In this document: positions 23,384 to 34,274 of the stretch, one piece after another
Position numbering within the stretch: the first letter of the stretch is position 1
How the letters are laid out: each line of letters starts with the position of its first letter
NCBI GenBank assembly: GCA_043228905.1
Contig: JBHGNT010000004.1
Location: forward strand, 434,001-498,000
Direction: 5' to 3'
Source of the DNA: Azolla caroliniana
Taxonomy: Eukaryota; Plantae; Polypodiophyta
DNA length: 64,000 bases
Program-made: the position numbers and the translations under genes
The notes under the pieces: model-generated
The model's input: the letters and a program-made list of their open reading frames with translations, nothing else
The model's database searches: none
Told to the model about the DNA's origin: nothing

Positions 23384-25785
23384 GACCTAAAGCAACGGGC
23401 GGTGGTGGCGGCAAGGCGGCCTACCATGGCGACGAAGAGAACGAGGAAGAGATAGCCACGGACCACGGCATCCGAACGAAGGTGGCTACGATCATGGCAT
23501 CGGCGAGTAACGGTATCGGGACTTTTCCCACACCTATTCTAGAGACTTCGGCAGTCGGCCCCGAGAGCCCACGTGAGACCGGAGAGATGGAAGGTGGCGG
23601 CGGCAAAGCGGACGATCGAAACGACGACGAGGAAGGTCATAGCGGACGGAGGCAAGACCTCTCGACACCGAGACCGGAGACTACGGCGGTTGCGCTTGAA
23701 TGCCAACATAAGACTGGAGAGAAGGGCGGTGGCCGTGAGGAGTTGTGGCCCGGAGAGAACACGTACGAAGATGAGGACGCAAGGCCCGGAACGGGCATAT
23801 GCGAGAGGACCGACAGAGAGGTCGGGAGCGGCAAAGAGGAGAGAGTCGGGAACCGACCCGACCGGAAGATGGACCGGTCGATAATCCGACATGACCGGAA
23901 GACGACGCGGAAGAACATTGGAGCGGGGTCTAGTCAACCGAGCCCGAACCGAAGAAGAGCTGGCAAGGTCGGATTTTTTCGGACAAACATCTACCGGCCG
24001 GTTACGATTACGGAAGCGAGCCGACCTAACCGGAACTCGATCGGCCGAGACCGATCCGGGCGAAGGCAAAGTTGGCACGGTTGGAGGTCGAGGCGAACGG
24101 GCCACAACACCCGGTTGGAGCCGGTGAGCGCGAGAAGGAAGCTATCCGGGCACGGTGATTACGGCTTGGCAGAAGACCGAGAGCGAGAGGAGCCCTCCAC
24201 ATCTATCCTTGAGACTTCGCCGGTTGCGGATCAACATAAGACCGGAGACACGACGGGTGGCGGTGAGGAGTCGGAGACCGGAACTGATGAGGCCGCTAGA
24301 ACGGGTACCCGATGCGTGAAGACGGATGAGCATGGCCAAGACGGCAAGCCGGAGTCGAAAGGGGCTACGGCAAGAAAGGACGAAGAGACCGACGCGGAGG
24401 TCGGGTCTACGACGGATGAGGCGCGTAATACGAAGTATGCACTACGGCGTAAAACGGAGCATGCGCTACGGCCAGCGAAGGGCCAAGAAGTAAGCATGCA
24501 CTCGGAAGAGCGGCAACGAGTGACCAGCAACAGTGGACCGGTCGAGCCTTTGAGAGACAAGCACGCGGCGAGAGATGAAGCCGTAAGGTGCCGAGATCGG
24601 CGGATGGGTGGCGAGAGTGAAGGATGGTGCGCGGAGAACAACTTGGTACACACCAGGAAGAGAAAACGCAGCGGCTTCCCGGAGGACATACAAGGCCAAG
24701 CGGGCCAAGAGGGCGCAAGTCGAGGTGAGGCGGTAACGAGAGCCTCGAGGGACACCGACACGGAGGTCGGGATGACGGTACGCTCTACGGCAAGAGAGCA
24801 CGACGGGCAAAGGAGAGGCAAGGAACGCGGAATGGGGTCGCCTAAGGGCCAAAGAATGAGCACATATTCGGGGGACAACATCGGCGCACGAGAAGAGCCT
24901 ATGGAAGGCAAGCGCGGAGCAGGAAGAGTCGACACGCCGAGGTGTTCGGCATGCAGAGACGATAAAACCAAAGGAGGAACATATGCGGCACGAAAAGGGC
25001 GGAATCCAGAGTACGATCGGAGAGTTCAGGAGCGCACCCGGAGGACATACGAGCCTTTGCGAGGAATGCGCACGGCGAGAGACGGAGCGGTGAGGTGCCG
25101 GTATCGGCGGATGATCGACGAGCATGAAAGGTTATGTCTTGAGAACCAGAGGAGGTGCGTGAAGAGCAACGGGCTACGCGCCGGGAAGAGGAAGCACGGC
25201 TTCCCGGAAGGCATGCGAGGCCAAGCGGGCCAAGAGGACGAGAGTCGGGATGAAGCGGTAATGGGAGTCGCGAAGGACACTGACATGGTGGTCGGGATGA
25301 CGGTACGCTCTACGGCGAGAGAGCACAGCGAGCGAGGGAGAAGCGAGGAGCGCGTAATGAGGTCACCGAGGGACCGAAGAACGAGCGCATGTTCGGGAGA
25401 CAACAAGGACGCACGGAAAGTGCCTACGGAAGCCGAGTGCAGAACGAAGGGAGTCGGTACGATGTGTTCGGGGCGAGGAGAAGGTCGAGCCGGAGATGGA
25501 ACACACGCGATACGCGAGGAGCGGCACCCGACGAGCAATCGAAGTAATCGGAGGTCTAACCGGAGGACATGCGCGGAGAGCGAAGGAAGGGAGACCGGAT
25601 CGGCAACGGTGTTCGGGATGGCCGGTCGAAGAAGAAGGTGCATGCGACGGGCATGGCGGATCGGATGGAGCCGACGGTTCGGGGAAACGCGGTGGACGTG
25701 GTGGATCTGCTGGAGTCGGCGGGTCGGGGCCGGCAAGACGGATCGGCGCCAGCAAGGGACCGGCAAGAAGGTTGGGTGCCGGTAA
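23380..25785 (+). CDS. Long charged, repeat-containing ORF of unknown function (K ORF part 2, probably frameshifted continuation of part 1)
   Basis: 801 codons without stop ending ~95 nt before the 3' LTR; shares the P-x-L-E-T motif repeats with part 1; internal ~0.5 kb duplication (24544-25050 / 25051-~25570); high GC lowers stop frequency so coding status is uncertain. Confidence 0.4.
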   Translation: MRPKATGGGGGKAAYHGDEENEEEIATDHGIRTKVATIMASASNGIGTFPTPILETSAVGPESPRETGEMEGGGGKADDRNDDEEGHSGRRQDLSTPRPETTAVALECQHKTGEKGGGREELWPGENTYEDEDARPGTGICERTDREVGSGKEERVGNRPDRKMDRSIIRHDRKTTRKNIGAGSSQPSPNRRRAGKVGFFRTNIYRPVTITEASRPNRNSIGRDRSGRRQSWHGWRSRRTGHNTRLEPVSARRKLSGHGDYGLAEDREREEPSTSILETSPVADQHKTGDTTGGGEESETGTDEAARTGTRCVKTDEHGQDGKPESKGATARKDEETDAEVGSTTDEARNTKYALRRKTEHALRPAKGQEVSMHSEERQRVTSNSGPVEPLRDKHAARDEAVRCRDRRMGGESEGWCAENNLVHTRKRKRSGFPEDIQGQAGQEGASRGEAVTRASRDTDTEVGMTVRSTAREHDGQRRGKERGMGSPKGQRMSTYSGDNIGAREEPMEGKRGAGRVDTPRCSACRDDKTKGGTYAARKGRNPEYDRRVQERTRRTYEPLRGMRTARDGAVRCRYRRMIDEHERLCLENQRRCVKSNGLRAGKRKHGFPEGMRGQAGQEDESRDEAVMGVAKDTDMVVGMTVRSTAREHSERGRSEERVMRSPRDRRTSACSGDNKDARKVPTEAECRTKGVGTMCSGRGEGRAGDGTHAIREERHPTSNRSNRRSNRRTCAESEGRETGSATVFGMAGRRRRCMRRAWRIGWSRRFGETRWTWWICWSRRVGAGKTDRRQQGTGKKVGCR

Positions 25786-28700
25786 GGCGAAAGACCCGGT
25801 TGATCACCGTGGACGAAATCTCTCACCCTTTTTCCTTTCTTGGCACATACCGGTGGGTGTGCGGTTTGGTGGGGGTGGATGTCGTGAAGATTTTCGTCCA
25901 TAGGCGGAAACCGGGGTGGAAGGGGCAAGTCGGTGGTGTGCAACATGTGCACATGTATACTAGGATATGGTGTATAGAAAGAGAGGGGAAATTTTCGTCC
26001 CACATTGTAAGGTCCCTCCCTCCTTGGGCTATAAAAGGAGGGGAGGGGTCACTTATGAGGGGGTTGCCTATTTTGTGCGAGTAAGGTATACCACTTAGTC
26101 GAGGGTTCTCCCTCTTCCCATTCCGTTTTAGGGTTAGGGTTTCGGTTAGGGTTTTCTTCTTGGGTTTCCCTCTAGGGTTTTCGGATAGTCATTTTGGTGC
26201 GGCCATGGCGGCCACCACTGTTGTAACCGTTCGTTGTTTTAACATAACTTGTTGAACATCTTGCCTCCGCGGATCTCTCCTTCAATGTCGTGGTCTTATT
26301 CTTTCCTCTTCTCCTCTTGAGCTAAGCCTCCATATCATGTCCTATTCTTTCTCCTCCACTCCCTAGTCCAAGACCCCCGCGGTCCCGCCCCTTCTACACG
26401 CACGCGCGTAACAACGCGACATCTTTGGTGAACCCGACGTGAAGGGCGGCAAGGGAGCATGGAGATGGAAGAAGACTTGGACTTCGAGGAGATGATGGCA
26501 AAAATCGTGATGGAAGCCGGACGGAAGGGAACCCACTACGTGCTAGCGTAGATTCGAAGGGACACGGCCCTTCGACACAAAGACGCGAGTGGGACAGCGA
26601 CACAAATAGACACGAATGTATGTATATATTAACAAAGACAAACAACAAGAACACGAAGTCGGTTACAACCGAACAGGCCGGCGAACAGATGCCGATGCCT
26701 GTTCGTAAACGCACAGAAAGAAAGGAGTAGGTTGGAGGTGCTGCCGGAAGCACTCGGGCATTCCTCAGAGCAGCGCGAGCCTCCTGAAACCTGCGCAGAA
26801 AGAAGCTATGGAGTTTGGAGGAGAGAGAAGCCTTCAGCCCACAATCCGACAGCACTTCGTCCTCTCTTCCTTCCCTCCCCCTTCACGTCCTCGTCTCCCT
26901 CCTTTTTATAGGCAAGAAAGGAGCCGTTTCCTATTAACTTTCTTCCTATCGAATCTACCTACCTAGGATCTCCCATGTCCCTAATTCTCTCCTATGTACA
27001 ACACAAGGCGTACGTGCATGAAGAGCCGGTTCCTATGCCCCGGTGCACCGATTCCGCTTGTGGACGGTTTTCTTCACGACACCGGCGTGACGATACGGGG
27101 AAGGAGCGGACGAAAGCCCACGGACCCGATTCCGGAGAACTCGGCAATTGGGCCCGTATGCCCATGTAAGACCGAGGAGATGGATGGCAGTTCCGAGGAG
27201 TCCTGGCACGATGCTAGCGAAGAAGGATGAGAGACAGCCTGCGAGAAGGCCGAGGATGGACACGGCACGAGGAGATCGGCATTCCAGGACGGGTGGAGCG
27301 TGATCCGGTCGTGGGTCGTCCGATCGAGGCCAGACTTGGCATAAAGGTGCCGATACGGGAGGGGGTGCGGGACGAGCCGCCCTCTTTTACATGGGGAGAA
27401 AGACCGACCGGGCGAAGGTCGAGATTAGGAACGAGAATGAAAGCCGGTCCTATGGGATTCCTTACACTGATCCGGTTGCAGGCCCGAGTGCCGGCGTGAG
27501 TCCTATACGAGAGAACGGTGGCGACAGGAGAACGGGACTCGGCAATCCGAAGAAGGACGAACGGACCTGGACGAGAACCGGGCGGAGTGGACTCCCGGAT
27601 GACCATTCCAGGAGGGAGGAAGAGAGCAGGCCTACGAAGAGGCCGAGGACACGGTACGTCGGTACCACGGGAGAGGGTGCGGAGTAAACCGCCCTCTCGG
27701 CATGCGGAAAAGGACGACCCGGGACAGGGTCAAGAAGGCGACAAAGGTCTACGGAGGATCCTTCACACCGGTTCTAGAGACTTTGGCAGTCGGCAACGCG
27801 GTCGACGTAAGACCAAGATACTGACGGTGGCGGCGAGGTGACGAAGGCAAGGGCTACGGATGGGCGGTCTACGGAGGCTCCTTCACACCGGTTCTAGAGA
27901 CTTCGGCAGTCGGCGACGCGGTTGACGTAAGACCAAGATACTGACGGTGGCGGCGAGGTGACGAAGACAATGGGCGTAAGGAAGTCCGGTCCTATGGGAT
28001 CCCCACACTTAACCAAAGACTCTGGCAGTTCGGCCAACGTGGCAACATGAGACCGAGAGAGAAGGTTGGTGGCGGCGGGAAACGGGACCCGACTACGCGG
28101 AAGACCCGAGGAGAGTCCAGGAGGGACTCAAACAAAAGACACCCGAATTTCGGCAAGCATAGAACGGATTCCGGTCCTATGGGACCCTCACACCGATCTG
28201 GAGGCTCCGGCAGTTCGGCCAACGTGGCAATGTGAGACCGAGGGAGAAGGACGGTGGCGGCAGGGAACGGGACCCGACGCCACGAGGATTCGGAAGGAGC
28301 CGGTAGGGGCAAACACGGGGAGGTGTGTCAGGCCGGAAAGGCACACCTGGAATAGAACAAGAGTCTCACAAGTGGCCATCGCGAGCCGGATCGAAGCGTG
28401 ACTACGGGACAGTGTTCGGCACGGGCGGGCCGAACGAAGGAAGCGGAAGACGGCACAAGGGAGGTGCCGGGAACGAGGAGACAAGTGCCTAGTGGACTGC
28501 ACAGGGTCGGATTCGGGGGATAACAAGAGAGGCCGGAGGAGGATCCTCCACACTCGCTTCGGAGATCTCGATAGCTCCGTCGAAGTAGCGAAGGACTGAC
28601 ACGGCAAGCCGGGATGACAAGCTGGTGGGGGCGAGGGGACGACGGCAAGCGAAAGACTCAGGACCTATCGCGGCAGCACGAAGACGGGAAGGGCCAAGCG

Positions 28701-29372
28701 GGCTACTACGGGGTGTTCCTCGGATGCAAAGGACACCGGTATGCGGGTGAGCGGCGATGCACGATCTGGCCGGAAAGGGCCGACAAGGCGTGCAATAAAC
28801 CGGAGAAAGGCACACGGAGGTGCCGGAGCGGGAAGGCAAGCGCGGAGAAGGCCGGAAAGGGATCTTCCACACCGTTCCGGAGACCATGGCGGTTCGAGCC
28901 AACGCGGCAATGTAAGACCATGGAGAAGGAAGGTGGCCACGCGAAACAACATGGGACGACATCAGGACATCACGGTTGGTCAATGGAGGCCAAGCGGGCC
29001 GCTACGGGCGTTCCTCAAACGGAGGACATCGGGCATACGGCGGGAAGCCGGCGTTCATACGGCCGAACAAGGGCCAACGGAAGTACGCATACTACGGAGA
29101 TCGCGGTAGAGGACCCATTGACGGGTTGAACGAGCCTACAGGGAGGCGAGCACGACGGAAGACTCGAAGCCGACGGATCAACCCGGCAGCAAGCCGGGAT
29201 GCGGATCACGGAAGACCGGTTTTTCGCCGGCCGAACTCTCTCACCCTTCAACCAGATTTGGCACGTGCCGGTGGACATGCAGTTAGGTGGGGGCGGATGT
29301 CGTGAAGAATTTCGGCCAAAGGCGGAAACCGGGAAACATTGGCTACATCGGCGGGGTGCAGCGTGTGTACAC

Positions 29373-31046
29373 AAGGCCGACAAGGATTATCTGATCGGGA
29401 CGGGGGTGATCATCGAGACGGATTGCCTGCCGATACTCGGCATGGTTTCCGGATGCGCGACGTCGAACCTAGAAATGCTCTGGTGGTTAGCGTACATTAA
29501 GTCCCTGAACCCGGAGATACAACACATCTCCGGAAAGGACAACGCCATGGCCGACATGCTTCCGAGGGCAAGGTTCAACGACGAAGACGACATCGTTTCG
29601 GATGACGAAGAAGTCGGCGAGGACTTCTTCAGGTCGGCTAACGTAACGACAAGGAAAGGGAACACTCTGGCACTTAACGAATTTGACGAAAGTAGGTACG
29701 ATGGGGAGTGGCTCCAAATCGGGAGGTTCCTACGGACGATAACGCCGGACGCAGCGTGGGCGAGAGAGGAGGCGAGCCGGATTCGGAGGAAGGCATACTA
29801 ATTCTTCCTGCGGGACGGGTGCATATGGAGGCACCCAAAGAAGGGAAGCGGCGTTCCACTCCGAGTAGTGGCAAAGAAAGAAGAACAGGGGAAAATTTTG
29901 GCGGCATTCCACGAGAGCCCCTAGGCCGGACACCGCGGAACGTGGGCCACGTTCAAGAAGCTAAAGGAGAAGTATTGGTGGCCAGGGCTGTACCAAGACG
30001 TGCATCGGTTCGTGACAACTTGCGAAAGCTGTCAGATGCACTCCGTAGTCCGACACCAGGATGAGCTACACCCGACCTACCCGCCTACGGTCCATTTCAA
30101 GTGGATGGCGGACTTGGTGACGATGCCGATGGGGGTAGGACAGATGCGATACTTGGTGCTTGCACGGGAGGACTTAACGAACCTGGTGGAAGGTCGTGCA
30201 CTTCAAAGCAAGACAACCGCGGCGGTATGCCGGTTCCTGATCGAAGAAGTAGTGTGTCGGTACGGGTGCGTCGGGAGGATCGTGGCGGACCGAGGAGAGC
30301 TGGATGCGCGGGAGGCCGAGGAGCTGTTCGACCGGCCAGGCGTCAAACTCTCCCTCACCACGGCGTACAATCCGGAGGTGAACAGAAAGGTAGAATGTGG
30401 GCACGAGCCTATCGTAAAATCGTTGGTGCGTGCATGCGGAGGGCAGGTCGGGAATTGGCCGCGACTCCTTCCTTAAACACTATGGGCGGACCGAACTACG
30501 CACAGTTCGGTGACAGGGTTTATGCCGGCGGAGCTGATGTACGGACAAAAGCCAATCATGCCGGTGGAGCGGACGGTTTCTTCATGGGCGGTAGTAGATT
30601 GGAAGGACGAAATGAGTCGGGAGGAGTTGCTGGCGGCGCGGATTCGGCAACTCGAGCGGAGGCCGGAGGACGTGATACATGCGAAGGAAAGGCTGCAAAT
30701 GGCAAGGGAGCGGAACAAGACCCGGTTCAACCGGACGCACCGGTTGCGACCAAAGAAGATCGAGGAAGGCGACTGGGTCTTGGTATACGACAGCAGCCTC
30801 GACAATCAGCACAAAGCGGTGCGAAAGTTTGCTAGGAGATGGTTCGGGCCCTACATGGTGACGAGCGCGAACGGCAACGACACGTACCACCTCGCGGAAC
30901 TCGACGGGACAGGGTTAGTGGTGTCCGTTTCCGGAAAGCGGATCAAAGCTTTCAAAAAGCCGTTTGAAGACGAGTCAGAGCCTGCAAGCGGGAGTGACAA
31001 CGATGATCGGCTCGAGTCCGGCGGAGAATCGGAGAGCAACGAGTGA
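29373..31046 (+). pseudogene. pol: RNase H-integrase remnant of G with several stops
   Basis: KADKDYLIG..ETDCLP, TCESCQMH, VADRGELD, RWFGPY; stops near 29799, 29921, 30474. Confidence 0.88.
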
Positions 31047-31617
31047 GGCCGGTTCTCTTCGGTATCTACCCGTCTCTGGCGCATGCCGGTGGATGCGCGG
31101 TTTGGTGGGGGTGGATGTCGTGAAGAAAACCGGCCATAGGCGGAATTGGAGAGAAAGCGCGGAAACCGGCCCTTACACGGATGAACGCGTGACTGGATAC
31201 TTTGTATGCGAACCGGTGGATGTAACTACTAAGCCGCACGCATTTATTAGGGGGGATTGTGCGTATCCCGGTCAGAGGGGACAGGGAATAAAGGGAAGAG
31301 GACAAGAGAAAAGAAAAGATCGCGCGTTGGGAAGAAGAGGGGAGGTTGTAGAACGGAAGGGGGAGCTCTCTCTCTTCGTCTCGAGCCGTCGTTCTCTGCG
31401 GGGTCTGTCGGCGCTTGTGGGAGTGCGCTGCCTCTGCTTCATGGACAGCCCGTGTGCTTCCAACAGAGTCGCTCCCTTTTCCCCTTTGTTTCTTGGAGTC
31501 GTGTGACTGTCGTCGGTGTGCGTGAGTAGGGTCCCCGTGTCGGGTCCGTCACCGCCTTGTCAGTTGTAACTGTCGAAGTTTGTAATCTCTTGTCGGTATA
31601 ATTAAGTGTTACGTTCT

Positions 31618-31712
31618 ATCTCTCTCTTTCTCGCTTTACGTGTCGGTGAATCTCTCTCTTTCTCGCTTTACGTGTCGGTGAATCTCTCTCTTTCTCGCTT
31701 TACGTGTCGGTG

Positions 31713-31753
<41 letters not shown>
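31618..31753 (+). repeat. 3 x 32-bp tandem repeat grading into (CT)n within G LTR
   Basis: Unit ATCTCTCTCTTTCTCGCTTTACGTGTCGGTGA repeated three times. Confidence 0.9.
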
Positions 31754-31755
<2 letters not shown>

Positions 31756-32240
31756 ATGGAAGTTTAATCGACACTTTCCAAGCTTCACTTCTCGGCCACA
31801 ACCAAAGAAACACACGAATCGTTGTTGCAGAAAATGGGAAATGCGAAAGATAGAGTGGACACACGATTTATCGTGGAAAACCCTGTACGGGAAAAACCAC
31901 GGGAGTACAAGACTCCGAACCAAAACTATGCACAGAGAAGTATACAATGGCGAGCTGCAAGGCGACGACCTTGAGCTCGTTGTCCTCGCCACAGGCGGCG
32001 GAAATACACAGAGGCGTCGACCTCTTCCTCTCTCACGCTCTATCTCTCTCACGGCTGCTCACTCTTCACTCCTCTTGAGTGGAAAAACAGAAAAAATAAG
32101 AACCAACGACATAAAACTGTTTGCCCTAAGTCATATTTACACACATATGACTTTCGGGCTATTTACAAATATAGCCTCAAGGGCCCTTGGCAAACATATT
32201 CACAAATATGTCCCCGCATCCGGATCTCTCTCCGGGTACA

Positions 32241-32391
32241 TTCATCATCCGGCTCCGTAGCCGGGGTATTCATCATCCGGCTCCGTAACCGGGGTCTTCA
32301 TCATCCGGCTCTGTAACCGGGGTCTTCATCATCCGGCTCCATAGCCGAGGTCTTCATCATCCGGCTCCGTAGCCGGGGTCTTCATCATCCG
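32241..32391. repeat. ~5.5 x 28-bp tandem repeat in C LTR (also 56263-56413)
   Basis: Unit TTCATCATCCGGCTCCGTAGCCGGGGTC. Confidence 0.9.
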
Positions 32392-32449
32392 ATTCCCGGA
32401 CATCCGACCATCCCATCCGGAGGGACCGTAATCCCAACAAACTCCCCCT

Positions 32450-34274
32450 TCACTTCAGCATGGGATGTCTTTCCAGTCCGACCCTCTTCCGGCACGCTTC
32501 CAGCTTGTCGGGCGTGAGCACTTTGGTCAGCATATCTGACCCGTTCTCTTCCGTGTGGATCTTCGTCAGCACGAACTCCTGGTCTTCTATCCTTTCCCGG
32601 ATCCAGTGATATCTACGCTGGATGTGCTTCGTCCGGGAGTGATAGGCCGCATTCTTCGCAAGGTGGATGGCACTCTGACTGTCGCAGTAGAGTCGGTACT
32701 CCTCCTGCCAGATACCGAGCTCTCTAATGAAGTCCTTCATCCATATTATTTCCTTGCCGGCTTCAACAGCCGCCATGTACTCCGCCTCCGTGGTTGACAA
32801 CGCAACCGTCTTCTGCAGCCTCGACTGCCATGAAACAGCTCCCCCTGCATACGTCATCACATACCCTGATGTGGACCGGCTGGTATCTGCATCAGCCGAC
32901 ATATCCGAATCGGTGAAGCCGTCGAGTTCGGGCTTACCGGAGCCGAATCGGAGGCACACGTTTGCCGTGCCCTTGAGGTATCGGAGTATCCACTTGGCCG
33001 CGTTCCAATGCTCTTTGCCGGGATTGCTCATGTACCGGCTCACCACTCCGACTGCGTATCCAATGTCCGGTCTTGTACACACCATTGCGTACATCAAGCT
33101 TCCGACGGCAGAGGCATATGGCACTTTCATCATGTCCTCCTTCTCAGCCTTTGTCTTGGGGCTTTGCTTGCTGGACAGCTTGCAGTTTGCCGGGAGGGTC
33201 GATCCGACCGGTCTTGCTTCCGACATGTTGAACCGTTTAAGCACCTTTGTCACGTACTTCTCCTGTGACAGCCACAACTGCTTCTTCTTCCGGTCCCGGA
33301 TGATGTGCATCCCTAGTATTTGCCTCGCCGGACCCAAGTCCTTCATTGAGAAGGTTCGGTGAAGAGCCTTCTTCAGCATCCGTATCTTGACCTGGTCCCG
33401 TCCGACGATCAACATGTCGTCCACGTATAGGAGGAGTATTAGAAAGTCTCCTCCTTCGAACTTCTTCACAAACACGCAGTGGTCGGACTGCGTTTTGAGG
33501 TACCCTTCGTCGGTCATGAAAGAGTCGAACTTCCGGTACCATTGCCGGGGAGCCTGCTTCAGTCCGTAAAGGCTCTTCTTCAACCGGCATACCAGGTGCT
33601 CCTTCCCTTTCTTCTCGAATCCTTCCGGTTGCTGCATGTAGATCTCTTCTTCGAGGTCACCGTGAAGGAATGTCGTCTTCACGTCCATCTGTTCTACCTC
33701 GAGGTCCATGCTTGCCGCTATGCTCAGCACCGTCCGGATGGAGGTCATCTTCACTACCGGGGCAAATATCTCGTCGAAGTCGACGCCCTTCTTCTGCTGA
33801 AACCCCTTCACCACGATCCTGGCTTTGTATCTCGGGGGGTTTCCGGCATCTCCCGGTTTCAGCTTGAACACCCACTTGTTTCGAAGTGCCCGCTTTCCTT
33901 TCGGCAACTCCACAAGTTCATATGTGTGGTTCTCATGCAGTGAATCCATCTCGTCCTGCATGGCACTCAACCACCTGCGGCTCTGGGTGTCAAGCTTTGC
34001 TTCTTCAAAGCTCTCTGGCTCCCCCTCGTCGGTTAGCAGCACGTGCTCTGGTTCCGGAAATCTCCGGGGGGCCCTTCTCTCTCTTAGAGGATATCTCCGT
34101 TCCGGAGCTTCGGTAACCGGTTCTTCCGATTCTTCTTCATCTGAATCCATTTCGGGATCGGGGCCGGTTCCGGTATCATTTTCATCTTCTTCGGCCGGTT
34201 CTGTTTCTTCACCGTCTTCGGCCGGATCCTCGAGTGCTAACCGGTCCCTTGCCGGTCGGGACTGCTCTTCGTAG
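32450..34274 (-). pseudogene. pol: RT-RNase H segment of C
   Basis: YKARIVVKGF, YGLKQAPRQW, LLYVDD, FTDSD, SDMLTK. Confidence 0.92.

Larger units (their letters stand above)
21770..26527 (+). mobile_element. Element K: pol-less Gag-only derivative in tandem form (LTR 21770-22311, PBS 22316-22333, internal, LTR 25880-26421, second PBS and gag start)
   Basis: Two 542-bp near-identical LTRs, each followed by TCTTTGGTGAACCCGACGTGAA and the same gag start; PPT-like GTTTGGTGGGGGTGGA before 25880. Confidence 0.9.
19138..27081 (-). mobile_element. Element J: Ty3/gypsy, 3' LTR 19138-19773, truncated 5' LTR ~26524-27081, gag/RT deleted, interrupted by K
   Basis: Near-identical LTR copies, 4-bp TSD CCGG (19134-19137 / 27082-27085), PPT at 19774-19790. 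Confidence 0.9.
17130..29372 (+). mobile_element. Element I: pol-less Gag-only Ty3/gypsy derivative; 5' LTR 17130-17918, PBS 17923-17940, 3' LTR truncated (29298-29372); interrupted by J
   Basis: Both LTR starts read TGTCGTGAAGAATTT.GGCCAAAGGCGGAAACCGGGAAAC; PPT GTTAGGTGGGGGCGGA before 29298; ~3.4 kb internal region without RT/IN; (AT)n at 17577-17627. Confidence 0.85.

Noticed and set aside
23380-25785. env-like gene
   Set aside because: No signal peptide or transmembrane segment; very hydrophilic and not downstream of a pol
27120-28940. CRISPR-like repeat-spacer appearance of the ~90-bp module arrays
   Set aside because: Repeats are long and degenerate, spacers vary widely in length, no cas genes, eukaryotic retroelement context
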